The notes under the pieces were generated by a model, which was given only the letters and a program-made list of their open reading frames with translations, was not told where the DNA came from and ran no database searches. Positions 1 to 12,344 of a stretch of 64,000 bases of DNA are shown here, piece by piece (positions within the stretch are counted from its first letter, which is position 1; each line of letters begins with the position of its first letter). The stretch lies in the NCBI GenBank assembly GCA_963708185.1, contig OY970195.1, forward strand, positions 1,344,001 to 1,408,000, given 5' to 3'. A program made the translations under genes and the position numbers. The stretch comes from Candidatus Peregrinibacteria bacterium. Its GTDB lineage: Bacteria; Patescibacteriota; Gracilibacteria; UBA1369.

Positions 1-639
1 AAACTCGAGGCGCAGGGTATGGAGTTCGCTTCAGAAATGATCATCAAGGCCGGGATTCTTCATCTTAAAATACAGGAGATCGCTGTGACGCTTTACCAGG
101 ATAAGCGTGGCAGGAAGCCGCACCTCAACACCTGGCGTGACGGATGGAGACATCTGAAGTTCATGCTGCTGTACGCTCCGAATTTTTTGTTTATTTACCC
201 CGGAGTCGTGGCTTTCGTCATCGGTTCGGTCCTTACTCTGACCCAGTTTAACGGACCCTTTACCCTCGGTCCGGTTTTTTGGGATATTCACATGATGATT
301 TTGGGTCTGACGTTGAGTCTCCTCGGGGTTTTTGTTTTTCAGATGGGCATGATCATCAAGCTGTTGTCTTCTTTGCAGCACTATTATACGAGAGACCGCC
401 TGGTGCAGTGGCTAAAGAAAGTCAGTCTGGAAAAGCAGCTGGTGGCCGGCATTTTTTTTGTACTTGTTGGGCTCGGCATCGACGGATACATCTTCTGGGT
501 CTGGATCGGTCACGATTTCAAAGATATTTTCATGCCTCAAAAAGCCATCGTCAGCCTGTATTTTCTTTTTATCGGGCTCTCGTTGATTTTTTTCGGATTT
601 TTCAGGGCTATTTTGGATAAACAAGATGATGCATCATGA
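1..639 (+). CDS. Glycosyltransferase family 2 (DPM1-like) with C-terminal membrane domain, 5'-truncated by window
   Basis: Frame open from base 1 (KLEAQGMEFASEMIIKA...R.G...HLNTWRDGWRHL), followed by about 4 hydrophobic helices. Confidence 0.8.
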   Translation, partial: KLEAQGMEFASEMIIKAGILHLKIQEIAVTLYQDKRGRKPHLNTWRDGWRHLKFMLLYAPNFLFIYPGVVAFVIGSVLTLTQFNGPFTLGPVFWDIHMMILGLTLSLLGVFVFQMGMIIKLLSSLQHYYTRDRLVQWLKKVSLEKQLVAGIFFVLVGLGIDGYIFWVWIGHDFKDIFMPQKAIVSLYFLFIGLSLIFFGFFRAILDKQDDAS

Positions 640-2021
640 AGAAAAACATCCAACAACAATCAAGGAATAAATTTTTACACGGTTTAAAAGTTTTCGGTTA
701 TTTGCTTGTCGCCAGTTTGATTTTCCTGATCCCGAGCATCTGGAACGGCTATCCGCTCGTTTTTTCGGACACCGGATCGTACATATATTCCGCTTTTTCC
801 TTGAAGGTTCCCCTGGACCGTCCAATCGGATACGGTTATTTCATCAGGCTTTTTTCGCTCGGTGCGAGCTTGTGGTTCGTGGTTTACGCACAGGCTTTTT
901 TCACGGTTTATCTCGTCTGGAAAACCCTGCGCGTTTTTGTGTCGAAGCGTCCGTTCCTGACTCATTTTTGTCTGACAGTTCTTCTGGCCTGCCTTACCAC
1001 AGCCTCTTGGATAGCGAGCCAGGTGATGCCGGACGCTTTCCCGGCACTGATGTTGCTTATTGTTTTCGTTTTTATTACCGGCAAGAACTCCGTGGCTGAG
1101 CGGATTTTCTTGGCCCTGTTACTGATGTTTTTCCTCGTGACGCACAACGCGAATTTCCTTTTGCTGCTTGGAGTTTTGTTTTTGTCTTTTCTTATGGTCT
1201 TTTTTTTCAGGCGTTTTTCAAAGCACCGTTCCGAATACCTTTCAAGAATGGGTATGCTGGCGGTGACAGCGCTCTTTGCACCGGTCTTTTTCCTCGTCAG
1301 TAACAATGCCCAGGGATACGGCACGGTTTTAAGTCCGTCCTCGGATGTTTTCATGATGTCCCGCGTGAACGACGCCGGAATTCTGGATGATTTTCTTTCG
1401 AGCCACTGCAGCCAGGTTCATTATTACCTCTGTCTTTATGCAGGGAATTTCCCCCAGGGCGACGCTTTCATCTGGAACAACGACAGTCCGGTCAATATTC
1501 GCGGATGGCAGGAATCCCGCGACGAGTTCGATATGATCCTTCGTCAGGTTTTCGCGAATCCTTCCTATGTCGCGGATTTTGTTGGGGACAGCTTTTACCG
1601 TTCGGTGAAACTGTTGTTCATGTTCGGCATGGATTCCTACTATCCCTACGATGCGTCCGGGCCGATCTATCCCCAGATCATGAATTTCTTCCCACAGGAA
1701 CTTCCGCAGTACGTTCGAGCCCGGCAGTACCGAGGCGATTTGCAGACCGTTCATGGGTTCGATCTTCTTTTTATGCTGACGGGTTTTGCCGGTTTTCTCT
1801 ATCTTTTGTGGAATCTTTTCGGATCGCGTCTTCTCGACGAAAAAGGCCGTTTTTTTGTCCTGCAGATTTTTTCGTTGTTGCTCGTTAATGCTTCGGTTAT
1901 GGCTACTTTTTCCGGCGTCTACGGACGCTACCAGGAACGTTTGGCTTGGCTTCTGCCTTTTGCGGGCGCTCTTTTTTTGCTGAAGAGAATCTTTTCTCAA
2001 GAAAAGATTTTGAGGAAGTGA
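636..2021 (+). CDS. Polytopic membrane protein, possibly a GT-C-type glycosyltransferase
   Basis: About 11 TM segments, N-terminal loop NGYPLVFSDTGSY...DRPIGY, C-terminal RYQER; 4-nt overlap with the GT2 gene. Confidence 0.55.
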   Translation: MKKNIQQQSRNKFLHGLKVFGYLLVASLIFLIPSIWNGYPLVFSDTGSYIYSAFSLKVPLDRPIGYGYFIRLFSLGASLWFVVYAQAFFTVYLVWKTLRVFVSKRPFLTHFCLTVLLACLTTASWIASQVMPDAFPALMLLIVFVFITGKNSVAERIFLALLLMFFLVTHNANFLLLLGVLFLSFLMVFFFRRFSKHRSEYLSRMGMLAVTALFAPVFFLVSNNAQGYGTVLSPSSDVFMMSRVNDAGILDDFLSSHCSQVHYYLCLYAGNFPQGDAFIWNNDSPVNIRGWQESRDEFDMILRQVFANPSYVADFVGDSFYRSVKLLFMFGMDSYYPYDASGPIYPQIMNFFPQELPQYVRARQYRGDLQTVHGFDLLFMLTGFAGFLYLLWNLFGSRLLDEKGRFFVLQIFSLLLVNASVMATFSGVYGRYQERLAWLLPFAGALFLLKRIFSQEKILRK

Positions 2022-2075
2022 CTTGCCGCCCATGGAATCTATGGTATCCTTGGGCTGATTTTACCCTTTGAGCTC

Positions 2076-3497
2076 ATGGGCGTTGTGTTATCGGCCCTTT
2101 GTGAAGGCATGAGTCCATCCGATTCGGATCGAGTGGGCCGGGTTTATGCGTTCGCAAAAAAATATCTTCGAACGGTCCGAAGGCGCAGCGGTGAAAGTTA
2201 CTTCCAGCATGGGTGCGAGGTTGCACGTACGGCGCTTGAAGTCCGTCGTGACCCTCTCTACGCGGTTTCGGCGATTCTTCATGACGTCCAAGTCCATCCT
2301 CTGGGCGAAGAACTGCTCAAGCAGGCCTCGGTCGATGATGACGAACGTTTTTTGATCCGGGAAATGCACGTATTGAGACGTCTGCACATCGATGCGAGTA
2401 CCCAGGATCTCGATAAGGTCATCAGCGCTTTTTCAACAGATTCGCGTTTGCTGCTTTTACGTATGGCCCATCGTTTGAACGACGTGAGACATCTTGAGCG
2501 TTTCACCGGCAAGCTCCGCCGTGATCTCGCAAGCGAAACGCTCCATATGTACGCGCCCATCGCGGGAAGGTTGGGTTTTTACGCCTGGAGATACGAGATG
2601 GAAGATTTTTCTTTTGCCGTGCTCCAGCCTAAACTCGACGCGAAGCTGAGGAAAAAGTTCAGCAACCTCAGGCCTTTTGACCTGACCTGCCTCCGCCAGA
2701 CACAGAGGTTTCTCCGGCAGAAACTGAAAGATGCCGGAATTCATGCCGATATCGATTTCAGGATCAAAAGTGTTTATTCAACGTACAGGAAAATGCTTTT
2801 GAAACACCGCAAATTTGAGGAGCTTACCGACCGTCTGGCCTTGAGGGTCATTGTTCCCGATATCAACGCCTGCTATGCCGCTCTGGGTATCGTCCACCAG
2901 ATGATGCATCCAGTACCGGGAAAGCTGAAGGATTATATCGGTGCTCCGAAAGAAAACGGGTACCGCTCGATACATACGGCCGTCTATCCTATGCCGGGCG
3001 TAACCGACCAACCAATGGAGATTCAGATCCGCACCGCGGCGATGCATCAGGAATGTGAGTTCGGTGCGGCCGCCCACAGCGATTACAAACATATGCGCTA
3101 CCGGCTTTCCACAAAGACTTCGCGGGTCGACATTTTCAGGAATCTTGAAACGCTCCGTCTTGAAGCGAATTCTCCGGAAAAGTTCGAGCAAACCCTGAGA
3201 ACCTATTTCCGTCAGGACCACCTCGTCATTTTTGACGAAAAGAACAATATCTCCCATATTAAAAAGCCGGCGACGGCCATGGACTATATCTGTCTGGCCA
3301 AACCTGAGCGTTGTCGTTTTCTCAAAGAGGTGAAAGTAAACGGAAAAATTGACCATTTCGACACCGTGCTCAAAGACGGGGATGTCATTGAGGCGAGATT
3401 CGGCCGTCGGATTTCCGTCCGTCCCGAATGGATGTATATGTGCCGGCAAAACTATTCCAGACTTTTTTTGAAAAAACATTTTTTGGTAAAATCATGA
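2076..3497 (+). CDS. RelA/SpoT homologue (degenerate HD + synthetase + TGS)
   Basis: RRSGESY..H, LHD, APIAGRLG, RIKSVYS, KDYIGAPKENGYRSIHT, EIQIRT, GAAAH; TGS-like KVNGK at C-terminus. Confidence 0.88.
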   Translation: MGVVLSALCEGMSPSDSDRVGRVYAFAKKYLRTVRRRSGESYFQHGCEVARTALEVRRDPLYAVSAILHDVQVHPLGEELLKQASVDDDERFLIREMHVLRRLHIDASTQDLDKVISAFSTDSRLLLLRMAHRLNDVRHLERFTGKLRRDLASETLHMYAPIAGRLGFYAWRYEMEDFSFAVLQPKLDAKLRKKFSNLRPFDLTCLRQTQRFLRQKLKDAGIHADIDFRIKSVYSTYRKMLLKHRKFEELTDRLALRVIVPDINACYAALGIVHQMMHPVPGKLKDYIGAPKENGYRSIHTAVYPMPGVTDQPMEIQIRTAAMHQECEFGAAAHSDYKHMRYRLSTKTSRVDIFRNLETLRLEANSPEKFEQTLRTYFRQDHLVIFDEKNNISHIKKPATAMDYICLAKPERCRFLKEVKVNGKIDHFDTVLKDGDVIEARFGRRISVRPEWMYMCRQNYSRLFLKKHFLVKS

Positions 3498-3554
3498 AAT
3501 TGTCATGAATAAGCTATGGAACGGTTTTATAATCGTTTCCATTTACGTTTTTTT

Positions 3555-3950
3555 ATGACAGAATACAGCAGACTCATTGATGGTGGATTTTCCGATAAAA
3601 TAACTCTTCTTGAGTCTTCCGCGGTTGACGAGTTGCGCCGTGAGCAGATGAAACGGATTTTTCAGATTTCGGAAGAAACCGTCCGGAATATCGTTGAGAG
3701 TGCGGGATATGAACATGACTGGTGGAAATCCGAGAATGATCTTGAGTACGTGTGGGGCCAGTTGGACTTTAATATTCTGGTTGGAGACGAAGCTGCCTTC
3801 AGAGGGAAGCTTTCCCGTGTTCTCGGGCGTGACGTCGTTCCTGGCGCTCCGCTGGATTGCGATCTTCTCAAAAAGGAATTGCGAATGAAATATCCGGATT
3901 TTTCTTTTGACGAGGTTGTCAAGAAATCTCTCATTCCTCCGGAAGCTTAG
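3555..3950 (+). CDS. Hypothetical protein
   Basis: Intergenic ORF, ATG after a T-run (ORF track start 3516); no motif recognised. Confidence 0.5.
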   Translation: MTEYSRLIDGGFSDKITLLESSAVDELRREQMKRIFQISEETVRNIVESAGYEHDWWKSENDLEYVWGQLDFNILVGDEAAFRGKLSRVLGRDVVPGAPLDCDLLKKELRMKYPDFSFDEVVKKSLIPPEA

Positions 3951-3969
3951 CCGGCCATTCGTTTGGCTC

Positions 3970-4485
3970 TTACAGTTTCAACCCCCTGAATACTTCGAAA
4001 ATCCTGGTTGTTTTTACCGTACTGTCGTTTGTTTTTCTTGTAATGACCCCCGGTTTCGGGATCATGAGTTTTCCGAGGTCGCTGTTGATGACCTGCCATT
4101 CTTCTCCGTCCACGACGAATTTTTTCCTTGGGAGCCAGCGGGAAAGATGGGAAATAAAATACAGGCTTTGTTTCGTGTTTCTCCCTGAGTCGCTTTCTTT
4201 TATTTCTTTGAGCGCCGCATGAAACGATGCTTCGGTCGCACCTTCTTTTTGGGCTTCGAAAATCAGGTTCGCGAACGAGACGCCAAGTTCCGCGTTTCTG
4301 TCTGAGATGTAAGGATCAACAATAATCGTTTTCGTTATCGCGAGCCTCAGCTTGGTTTCGTCGTTCACTTTTTGGATTTCGCCTGATTTTGCTTTGGCTT
4401 CTGAAAGGCAGCGTTCTTCTTTTGAAAGAACATTATCCGTGTTTTCGCGATTGGGGCCTATTGATATTTCAGGCTTCAGCGGCAT
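3970..4485 (-). CDS. Hypothetical protein
   Basis: 171-aa ORF filling the gap, convergent with the previous ORF. Confidence 0.5.
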   Translation of the reverse strand: MPLKPEISIGPNRENTDNVLSKEERCLSEAKAKSGEIQKVNDETKLRLAITKTIIVDPYISDRNAELGVSFANLIFEAQKEGATEASFHAALKEIKESDSGRNTKQSLYFISHLSRWLPRKKFVVDGEEWQVINSDLGKLMIPKPGVITRKTNDSTVKTTRIFEVFRGLKL

Positions 4486-4545
4486 GTGGAAAATGGAAAT
4501 GGCTTTTCTAATACTTTCTAGAAGATCGTTTTTGTTCTGTCAACG

Positions 4546-6039
4546 TTAAGCTTCCACGTGCACCGTGACGTTTTTGTTCATGGTGATGTCCCCGATGCCG
4601 AAGGCCAGGATCGCACCGATGAACACGATGGCCGCGGAAACCAGGAACACCGTGTGGTAGCCGAAGATCTGGGCTTTCAGAGAAATGAGCCCCACGTACT
4701 GCTGGTAGTCTGCGATGTTTCCGCCGTTGAAATGACTGAGTTTCGATATCTGGATGACGTTATCTTCGATTGAGTTGTTGAGCAGCGTTCCGAAGATGGC
4801 AATACCGAACGCTCCGGCGATGTTCCGCGCCAGTGCGAGAATCGAGGAAGCGATCCCTACTTCGTGTATTGGGACGACCGCCGCGATGATGTTCGTCCGT
4901 TGCGCCATGCCGAAACCCATGCCGAAGGCCATGATGCTCAGAGGAATGATGATGTCGAGGCTCGTCGAACGGGGATCGAGTGCCGAGAAAAGGTACAGCC
5001 CCACGGCCGCCACGGCGGTGCTGGCAATGATGACATATCTGGGTTGTATGGATCCGGTATATCTTCCCCCGAGCGGCGCGCCGATCATGAGCGCCGCCGC
5101 CATGGGGATGAAGAGGTAGCCGGTGGCCGTGGCGTCGTATCCCAGGAAGGTCTGCGCGAAAATGGGAATAAGGAAAATGCTCCCCATCATTCCCATGAAA
5201 ATAATGAAGTTGTTCAGAAGCGTCTGGACGAAAATGGGGTTCTTGAAAAATTTGAGGTCGATGATCGGTTCCTTGTGATTTTTTTCGATTTTCAAAAAGT
5301 ACAGGAGGCTTGCGATCGTCACGATGTACGAGGTGACGCTGTTGAGGGAAAGCCATCCCCAGTCTTGTCCTTTATCCAGTACCAGGACGAGCGAAGAGAG
5401 GGATATGCCGAGCACGATGGCTCCCTTGATGTCGAACGACTGGTTCTGAACCTTTGATTTTGATTCGGCAACAAAGGCCATGGCCATCAATAGTCCGATG
5501 ATGCCGATCGGCAGGTTGATGAGAAAGACGGAGCGCCATCCGAAGTAGTCGATGAGCGGACCGCCGATCAAAGGGCCGAAGACGGCCGCCGCGGCAAACG
5601 ATGCCGACCAGATTCCGAGGGCCTGGGCCCGTTCGCGGTCGTCCGTATAGGTAATGGCCAGGATGGCCATGGCCGTCGGGTAGTCAGCCGATCCGGCGAT
5701 GGCCTGGATGACGCGAAAAACGATCATGGATTCCAGGTTCCAGGCAAAACCTGCGAGGATCGATCCGATGATGAAAATGGTGAAGCCGAGGATGTAGATT
5801 TTTTTTCTTCCGAGGGTGTCACCGAGTTTTCCCCAGACCGGAACGAAAACCGCATTGGCGAGAATGTAGGCCGTGGCTATCCATCCCGCGGATGTCACAG
5901 TGATACTGAAGTCCTGGATGATCTTCGGAAGCGCGAGGTTGACGATGGTCTGGTCCAGTCTTCCCAAAAATGTCCCGATGATGACGGTAAGCAAAATCAG
6001 TCCTTTTGGAGGGCCTTTTTTGGTTTCAGCTTCAGCCAT
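4546..6039 (-). CDS. DHA2 family MFS efflux permease (EmrB/QacA-like)
   Basis: LDQTIVNLALP, WGKLGDTLGRKK, GPLIGG, WRSVFLINLPIG; about 14 TMs. Confidence 0.92.
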   Translation of the reverse strand: MAEAETKKGPPKGLILLTVIIGTFLGRLDQTIVNLALPKIIQDFSITVTSAGWIATAYILANAVFVPVWGKLGDTLGRKKIYILGFTIFIIGSILAGFAWNLESMIVFRVIQAIAGSADYPTAMAILAITYTDDRERAQALGIWSASFAAAAVFGPLIGGPLIDYFGWRSVFLINLPIGIIGLLMAMAFVAESKSKVQNQSFDIKGAIVLGISLSSLVLVLDKGQDWGWLSLNSVTSYIVTIASLLYFLKIEKNHKEPIIDLKFFKNPIFVQTLLNNFIIFMGMMGSIFLIPIFAQTFLGYDATATGYLFIPMAAALMIGAPLGGRYTGSIQPRYVIIASTAVAAVGLYLFSALDPRSTSLDIIIPLSIMAFGMGFGMAQRTNIIAAVVPIHEVGIASSILALARNIAGAFGIAIFGTLLNNSIEDNVIQISKLSHFNGGNIADYQQYVGLISLKAQIFGYHTVFLVSAAIVFIGAILAFGIGDITMNKNVTVHVEA

Positions 6040-6050
6040 CGGGCGGTTGG

Positions 6051-6728
6051 TTACTTGATAATCCAGACCCTGGCTGACATTCCGTTTTGAAAAGGCGGCG
6101 TTGTCGCCCGGTCATAGGCGATTTTTATTTCGTACTGCTGTTCCTGGCGTTTGTCGGAAATATTGAAGACCACGTCGCCGGCCTTGTTGGTCGGGGAAAC
6201 TTCTTCGACCGTTCCATCGAACTGGCGTGAGCCGTAGGCGTCCACGGTGAAGCGCGCTTTCTGGCCGATGTGGATATCCGTCAGTCCTTTGTCTTCTTCA
6301 ATACTCGCCACGACCCTCATCGCTTGAGGCTCGATCATGGTGACGACCGGTTGTCCGGGATTATATACCGCGCCGATATCGTGTTTTACGGTAATAGCAG
6401 TGCCCGCGACCTCGGTGGTGATCATTTCGTTTCCGACTCTGGCAACGGGTTCGTGGGCCCGGAGGCCGTCTCCTTCCCGGACGAGCACGGCTTTGAGCAC
6501 CCCTGGAGTCTGGGGGGTTAATTGGATCAGCGGGGCGCTTATGGAAGCGTCTTCGGTATAGATATACTGACTTTGGTCCAACCAATACCAGATTCCGCCG
6601 CCGATCAAAACAACGCCGAGGATGATCATCGCCGGGACGGCAAATTTTCTCAGGTTGTTTCCTTTCGATTTTTTCGGGTCGGTTGCGGCTGGTGCGGAGC
6701 TTGAGGGAGTAGCTTTTTCGGCGTTCAT
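6051..6728 (-). CDS. HlyD/EmrA-family membrane fusion protein (short, no long coiled coil)
   Basis: N-terminal TM, biotinyl-like halves, IGQKARFTVDAY, GMSARVWI; adjacent to the MFS gene. Confidence 0.82.
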   Translation of the reverse strand: MNAEKATPSSSAPAATDPKKSKGNNLRKFAVPAMIILGVVLIGGGIWYWLDQSQYIYTEDASISAPLIQLTPQTPGVLKAVLVREGDGLRAHEPVARVGNEMITTEVAGTAITVKHDIGAVYNPGQPVVTMIEPQAMRVVASIEEDKGLTDIHIGQKARFTVDAYGSRQFDGTVEEVSPTNKAGDVVFNISDKRQEQQYEIKIAYDRATTPPFQNGMSARVWIIK

Positions 6729-6802
6729 GGCCTTGCTGTTAAGGAAAGTAATAATAGATTTTTTTTAGATTTTGTCAACGTTCATGTGCCACGGTTGACT
6801 TC

Positions 6803-6828
6803 AAAAGGGGCCGGAAGGCCCCTTTTTT
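6803..6828. terminator. Intrinsic terminator, likely bidirectional
   Basis: AAAAGGGGCC-GGAA-GGCCCCTTTTTT downstream of the minus-strand cupredoxin gene. Confidence 0.75.
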
Positions 6829-6853
6829 GATATCTTTGAATGGATGCGATGCG

Positions 6854-7360
6854 TTATTCCACGATAAGGGTGCCTTTCATGCCCATCTGGCGGTGTTTTC
6901 CGACGTTACAGTAGTATTCGAATGTCCCGGCTTTATCGGCTACGAACTGAAGGGGAGTGACCTCCGGGGTCATGCTGGGTTCCGTGGTGAGGTTGAATTC
7001 GTCGAGAATGAAATCGTGCTTTCCGCCGTCATTTTTGAAATTGATGATAACCGTATCGCCTTTCTTCACCTTGATCATATTGGGAACAAAGTAGAAGTTT
7101 CCTCCGTCAACCGTGAAGGTCAGGGTTTTTGGCGAATGGTCGGACGCTCCGTCTTCGAGCTGCTGTGACTGTTCAGCCGTGAGATCAGGAGGCGTTTGGG
7201 GTTCCATGTTCATTTTTTGTTGGCTTCCCTGTGCCTGCGTAGAGCCAGTATTGTCCGTGCCCGCCGTGTTCTGGGAAGAGTCCGTTCCCGGGGCGCATCC
7301 CGCCATGACGAGGGTGAGTGAAAGAAACAGTGCCGGTGCGATCAACCTGGATTTTTTCAT
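6854..7360 (-). CDS. Cupredoxin (plastocyanin/azurin-like) lipoprotein
   Basis: Lipobox MAGC; type-1 Cu ligands H(DF)...YYC..GKH...GM. Confidence 0.85.
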   Translation of the reverse strand: MKKSRLIAPALFLSLTLVMAGCAPGTDSSQNTAGTDNTGSTQAQGSQQKMNMEPQTPPDLTAEQSQQLEDGASDHSPKTLTFTVDGGNFYFVPNMIKVKKGDTVIINFKNDGGKHDFILDEFNLTTEPSMTPEVTPLQFVADKAGTFEYYCNVGKHRQMGMKGTLIVE

Positions 7361-7396
7361 AAGAAATAATAAAAGAGATAAGTAAGGTGTCGTTTT

Positions 7397-7654
7397 TCAG
7401 ATGGATGCCGTGAGTATAACCGTCAACGTGTCGTGGGCAAAGTGGCAGAAACCGCTCGAGATGTCCATGGTTTCCGGTTCTTCATCGTCTTTTCGGATGC
7501 TGATGATGCCTTTTTTCAAGAGTTGGAAGAGCTCGGCGTGTTTCGAAAGGACCTGGATTTCTCCTTTTGCTCCCGGGAGAGTGACGGAGCGGATGTCGTT
7601 GTAGGTTATGCAGGCGCCGGTGGTGAGGATCTGACAGGTCATGGTCAAAAGCAT
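7397..7654 (-). CDS. atpC: ATP synthase epsilon subunit (N-terminal beta domain only)
   Basis: VTLPGAKGEIQVLSKHA, ISSGF; last gene of the atp operon; start codon uncertain. Confidence 0.8.
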   Translation of the reverse strand: MLLTMTCQILTTGACITYNDIRSVTLPGAKGEIQVLSKHAELFQLLKKGIISIRKDDEEPETMDISSGFCHFAHDTLTVILTASI

Positions 7655-7661
7655 CAAAAAA

Positions 7662-9875
<2,214 letters not shown>

Positions 9876-9898
<23 letters not shown>

Positions 9899-11378
9899 CG
9901 GTTGTTTCGTTAGGTTCGGTTTCGAGGTAAAAATTATTTTTGAAATCTTCGACGATTTCATGGATTTTTGCTTTGACGTCATCATCGAACTTTCCTTTTT
10001 TGATTTTGAGGAGAACGTCTTTGTAACGGTTCTTGATGAAATCCAGGAGAAATTTTTCAGCTTTGACCCATTTGTCCTTGCCAATGTCGTCAAAATATCC
10101 TTCCTGGACGGCGAAAAAGAGGATGACCTGTTTTTCCCAAATGACCTGAACGTGTTTTTCCTGCTTGAGCAGTTCGAGCGTCAGGTCGCCGCGGTGGATT
10201 TTTTTCTTGGCTTCTTCACTGACCTTGGTTTCCAGCTGGGCAAGTTTTTGAAGTTCTTTGTGCTGCGACAGCGCGAGGCGTATCCCGTTGGTGACTTCTT
10301 TCAACGGCGGCGGTTGCACTTTGGAGCCGATGCGTGATACGGAAAGTCCCACGTTGACGGCCGGAAGGAAATCGTTCTGGAAAAGTCCGCGTTCAAGGTA
10401 GATCTGTCCGTCGGTGATGGAAATGAGGTTGGTTGAAATATAGGCGCTGATGTCTCCTTCCTGCGTTTCCACGATGGGCAGTGCGGTCAGTGATCCGCCG
10501 CCGTTCTCTTTGGAAAGCTTGGAAGGTCTTTCGAGGAGTTGGCCGTGCAATGAAAAAATGTCTCCGGGATAGGCCTCGCGTCCCGGAGCTCTTTCCAGGA
10601 GGAGCGCGATATCGCGGTAGGTTTTGGCGTGTTTGGAAAGGTCATCGTAAATGACGAGGGCGTCCTGGCCGTTGTCGCGATAGTACTCGGCGATAGTGGA
10701 TCCTACGAAGGGAGCGAGGTACTGCGAAGCGAAAGAGTCGTTCGCCGTCGCTGCGACGACGGTGGTGTAGCTGAAAGCGTTTTGCTGGCGCAGAAGTTCC
10801 AGCAGCTCCTGGAGCTGCTTCTTTTTCTGCCCGCAGATGACGTAGACGCAATGGATGGGTGGATCCGCGTTGATCTGGTTGAGGATGGTGTCGACGGCAA
10901 TGGTGCTTTTGCCGAGTTTCCTGTCGCCGATGATGAGTTCGCGCTGTCCGCGTCCGATGGGAAGTGTGGTGTCGACAAGTTTTATTCCGGTGGAAACGGG
11001 GACGAGCACCGGTTGGCGGTTGATGATGGTCGGAGCGGGCCTGAAGACAGGCATAAGGTCTCCTTCGATCTCACCGAGCTCGTCGATCGGTTTGCCGATG
11101 CCGTTGACCGTTCTTCCGGCGTAGTCTGCGGAAAAAGGGATCGAGAAGATTTTTTTGCTGCGGAAGATAGGCTGGTTGGCGTCAATTTTTTCGTCGAAGA
11201 AAACCGCCTCCACGTGTTTTTCATCGAAACCGACGACGATGCCGATCGGTTCGTCCTTTGCGTTGACGAGGGTTTCGTGAAGAAAGACATTGGGGAGGCC
11301 CACGATTTTTCCCACGCCGGAATAGTACGAAATAAGATGTCCTATTTCCTTGATTTTACTCCGAAGTTTCTGTGGCAT
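9876..11378 (-). CDS. atpA: ATP synthase alpha subunit
   Basis: PIGRGQRELIIGD, YDDLSKHA, PGREAYPGD, SITDGQIYL, SVSRIG. Confidence 0.96.
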
Positions 11379-12123
11379 TGGCGAGTTCTACAAAAAGATT
11401 GTTTTCGATTTCCCGTCCGTTGATTTCGAGACGGTATCCGCTGATGAGGTCGGGGGTTGTTTTTTCGGTAATTTTGACCTCTTTGCTGAATTTTTTGGAA
11501 AGGGCTTGTTCGAGTTGCGATTTTTGGCTTTCTTCAAGAGGATAGGCCGTTTCCAGCGTAACGGAGGGATTGTCTTCCTTAAAGGTTTCGGGGGGAAAGT
11601 TGTCGATGTCTTGCGGGATGTTCCTGGTAAAGTATTTCTGGAACTCCTGTCCCGCCGACGGAGACGCGCCGACTATTTTTTTTGCGGTTTCAATGACGTT
11701 GTTGAAAATCTGTTTTTTGGTGGTCGTGAGCAGTTCGTTTTTGAGGCTGGTTTGCCTCGATTTCAGCTGTTTTTTCATTTGCGTGATCATGGTGTTGACC
11801 TCTTTTTCCGCTTCGGTTTTCGCCTGGGTCTTGATATCTTCGGCGACTTTTTCCGCCTCGACGATTTTTGAGCGGGTGGATTTTTTCGCCTTGGCGAGTT
11901 CGGATTTTTTTTGTGCGGCAAAGGCTTCCTTGTCCTGGGCAAGCTGATCCTGGAGGTCTTTGGCTTCTTCAAGCTCTTTTTCGTCGTTCTCAATTTTGTC
12001 GACGATAGGTTTGTAGATGAATTTTTTCAGGATGAAGAGCAGTATCCCGAAATTGACGATTTGGGCGATGAGCAGATAAACGTCGATGCCGACCTGTCCG
12101 AGGATTTTGATAAATTGATCCAT
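11356..12123 (-). CDS. atpF: ATP synthase subunit b fused to a delta-like C-terminal domain
   Basis: AQIVNFGILLFILKKFIYKPI plus coiled coil, then TAYPL...PDLISGYRLEI...IEN (delta C-terminal signature). Confidence 0.88.
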   Translation of the reverse strand: MDQFIKILGQVGIDVYLLIAQIVNFGILLFILKKFIYKPIVDKIENDEKELEEAKDLQDQLAQDKEAFAAQKKSELAKAKKSTRSKIVEAEKVAEDIKTQAKTEAEKEVNTMITQMKKQLKSRQTSLKNELLTTTKKQIFNNVIETAKKIVGASPSAGQEFQKYFTRNIPQDIDNFPPETFKEDNPSVTLETAYPLEESQKSQLEQALSKKFSKEVKITEKTTPDLISGYRLEINGREIENNLFVELANATETSE

Positions 12124-12332
12124 CAGGGTACAAATTTAAGAATGAGTGCGACGACGAGGGCGTAAATGGCGATGGCTTCGGCAAATGCGATCGCAATGAT
12201 CATGGCGATCTGGATTTTGTCGGAGTTTTCCGGATTTCTCGCCATGGCGAGAAGGGCGGCGGCTCCGATGGCTCCGATGGCGAGGCCCGGGCCGATCGTT
12301 CCGATGCCCATGGCGAATGCGGAGGGATTCAT
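12123..12332 (-). CDS. atpE: ATP synthase subunit c
   Basis: ARNPE loop, AEAIAIY carboxylate. Confidence 0.95.
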   Translation of the reverse strand: MNPSAFAMGIGTIGPGLAIGAIGAAALLAMARNPENSDKIQIAMIIAIAFAEAIAIYALVVALILKFVP

Positions 12333-12344
12333 AGGGTTGAATGG

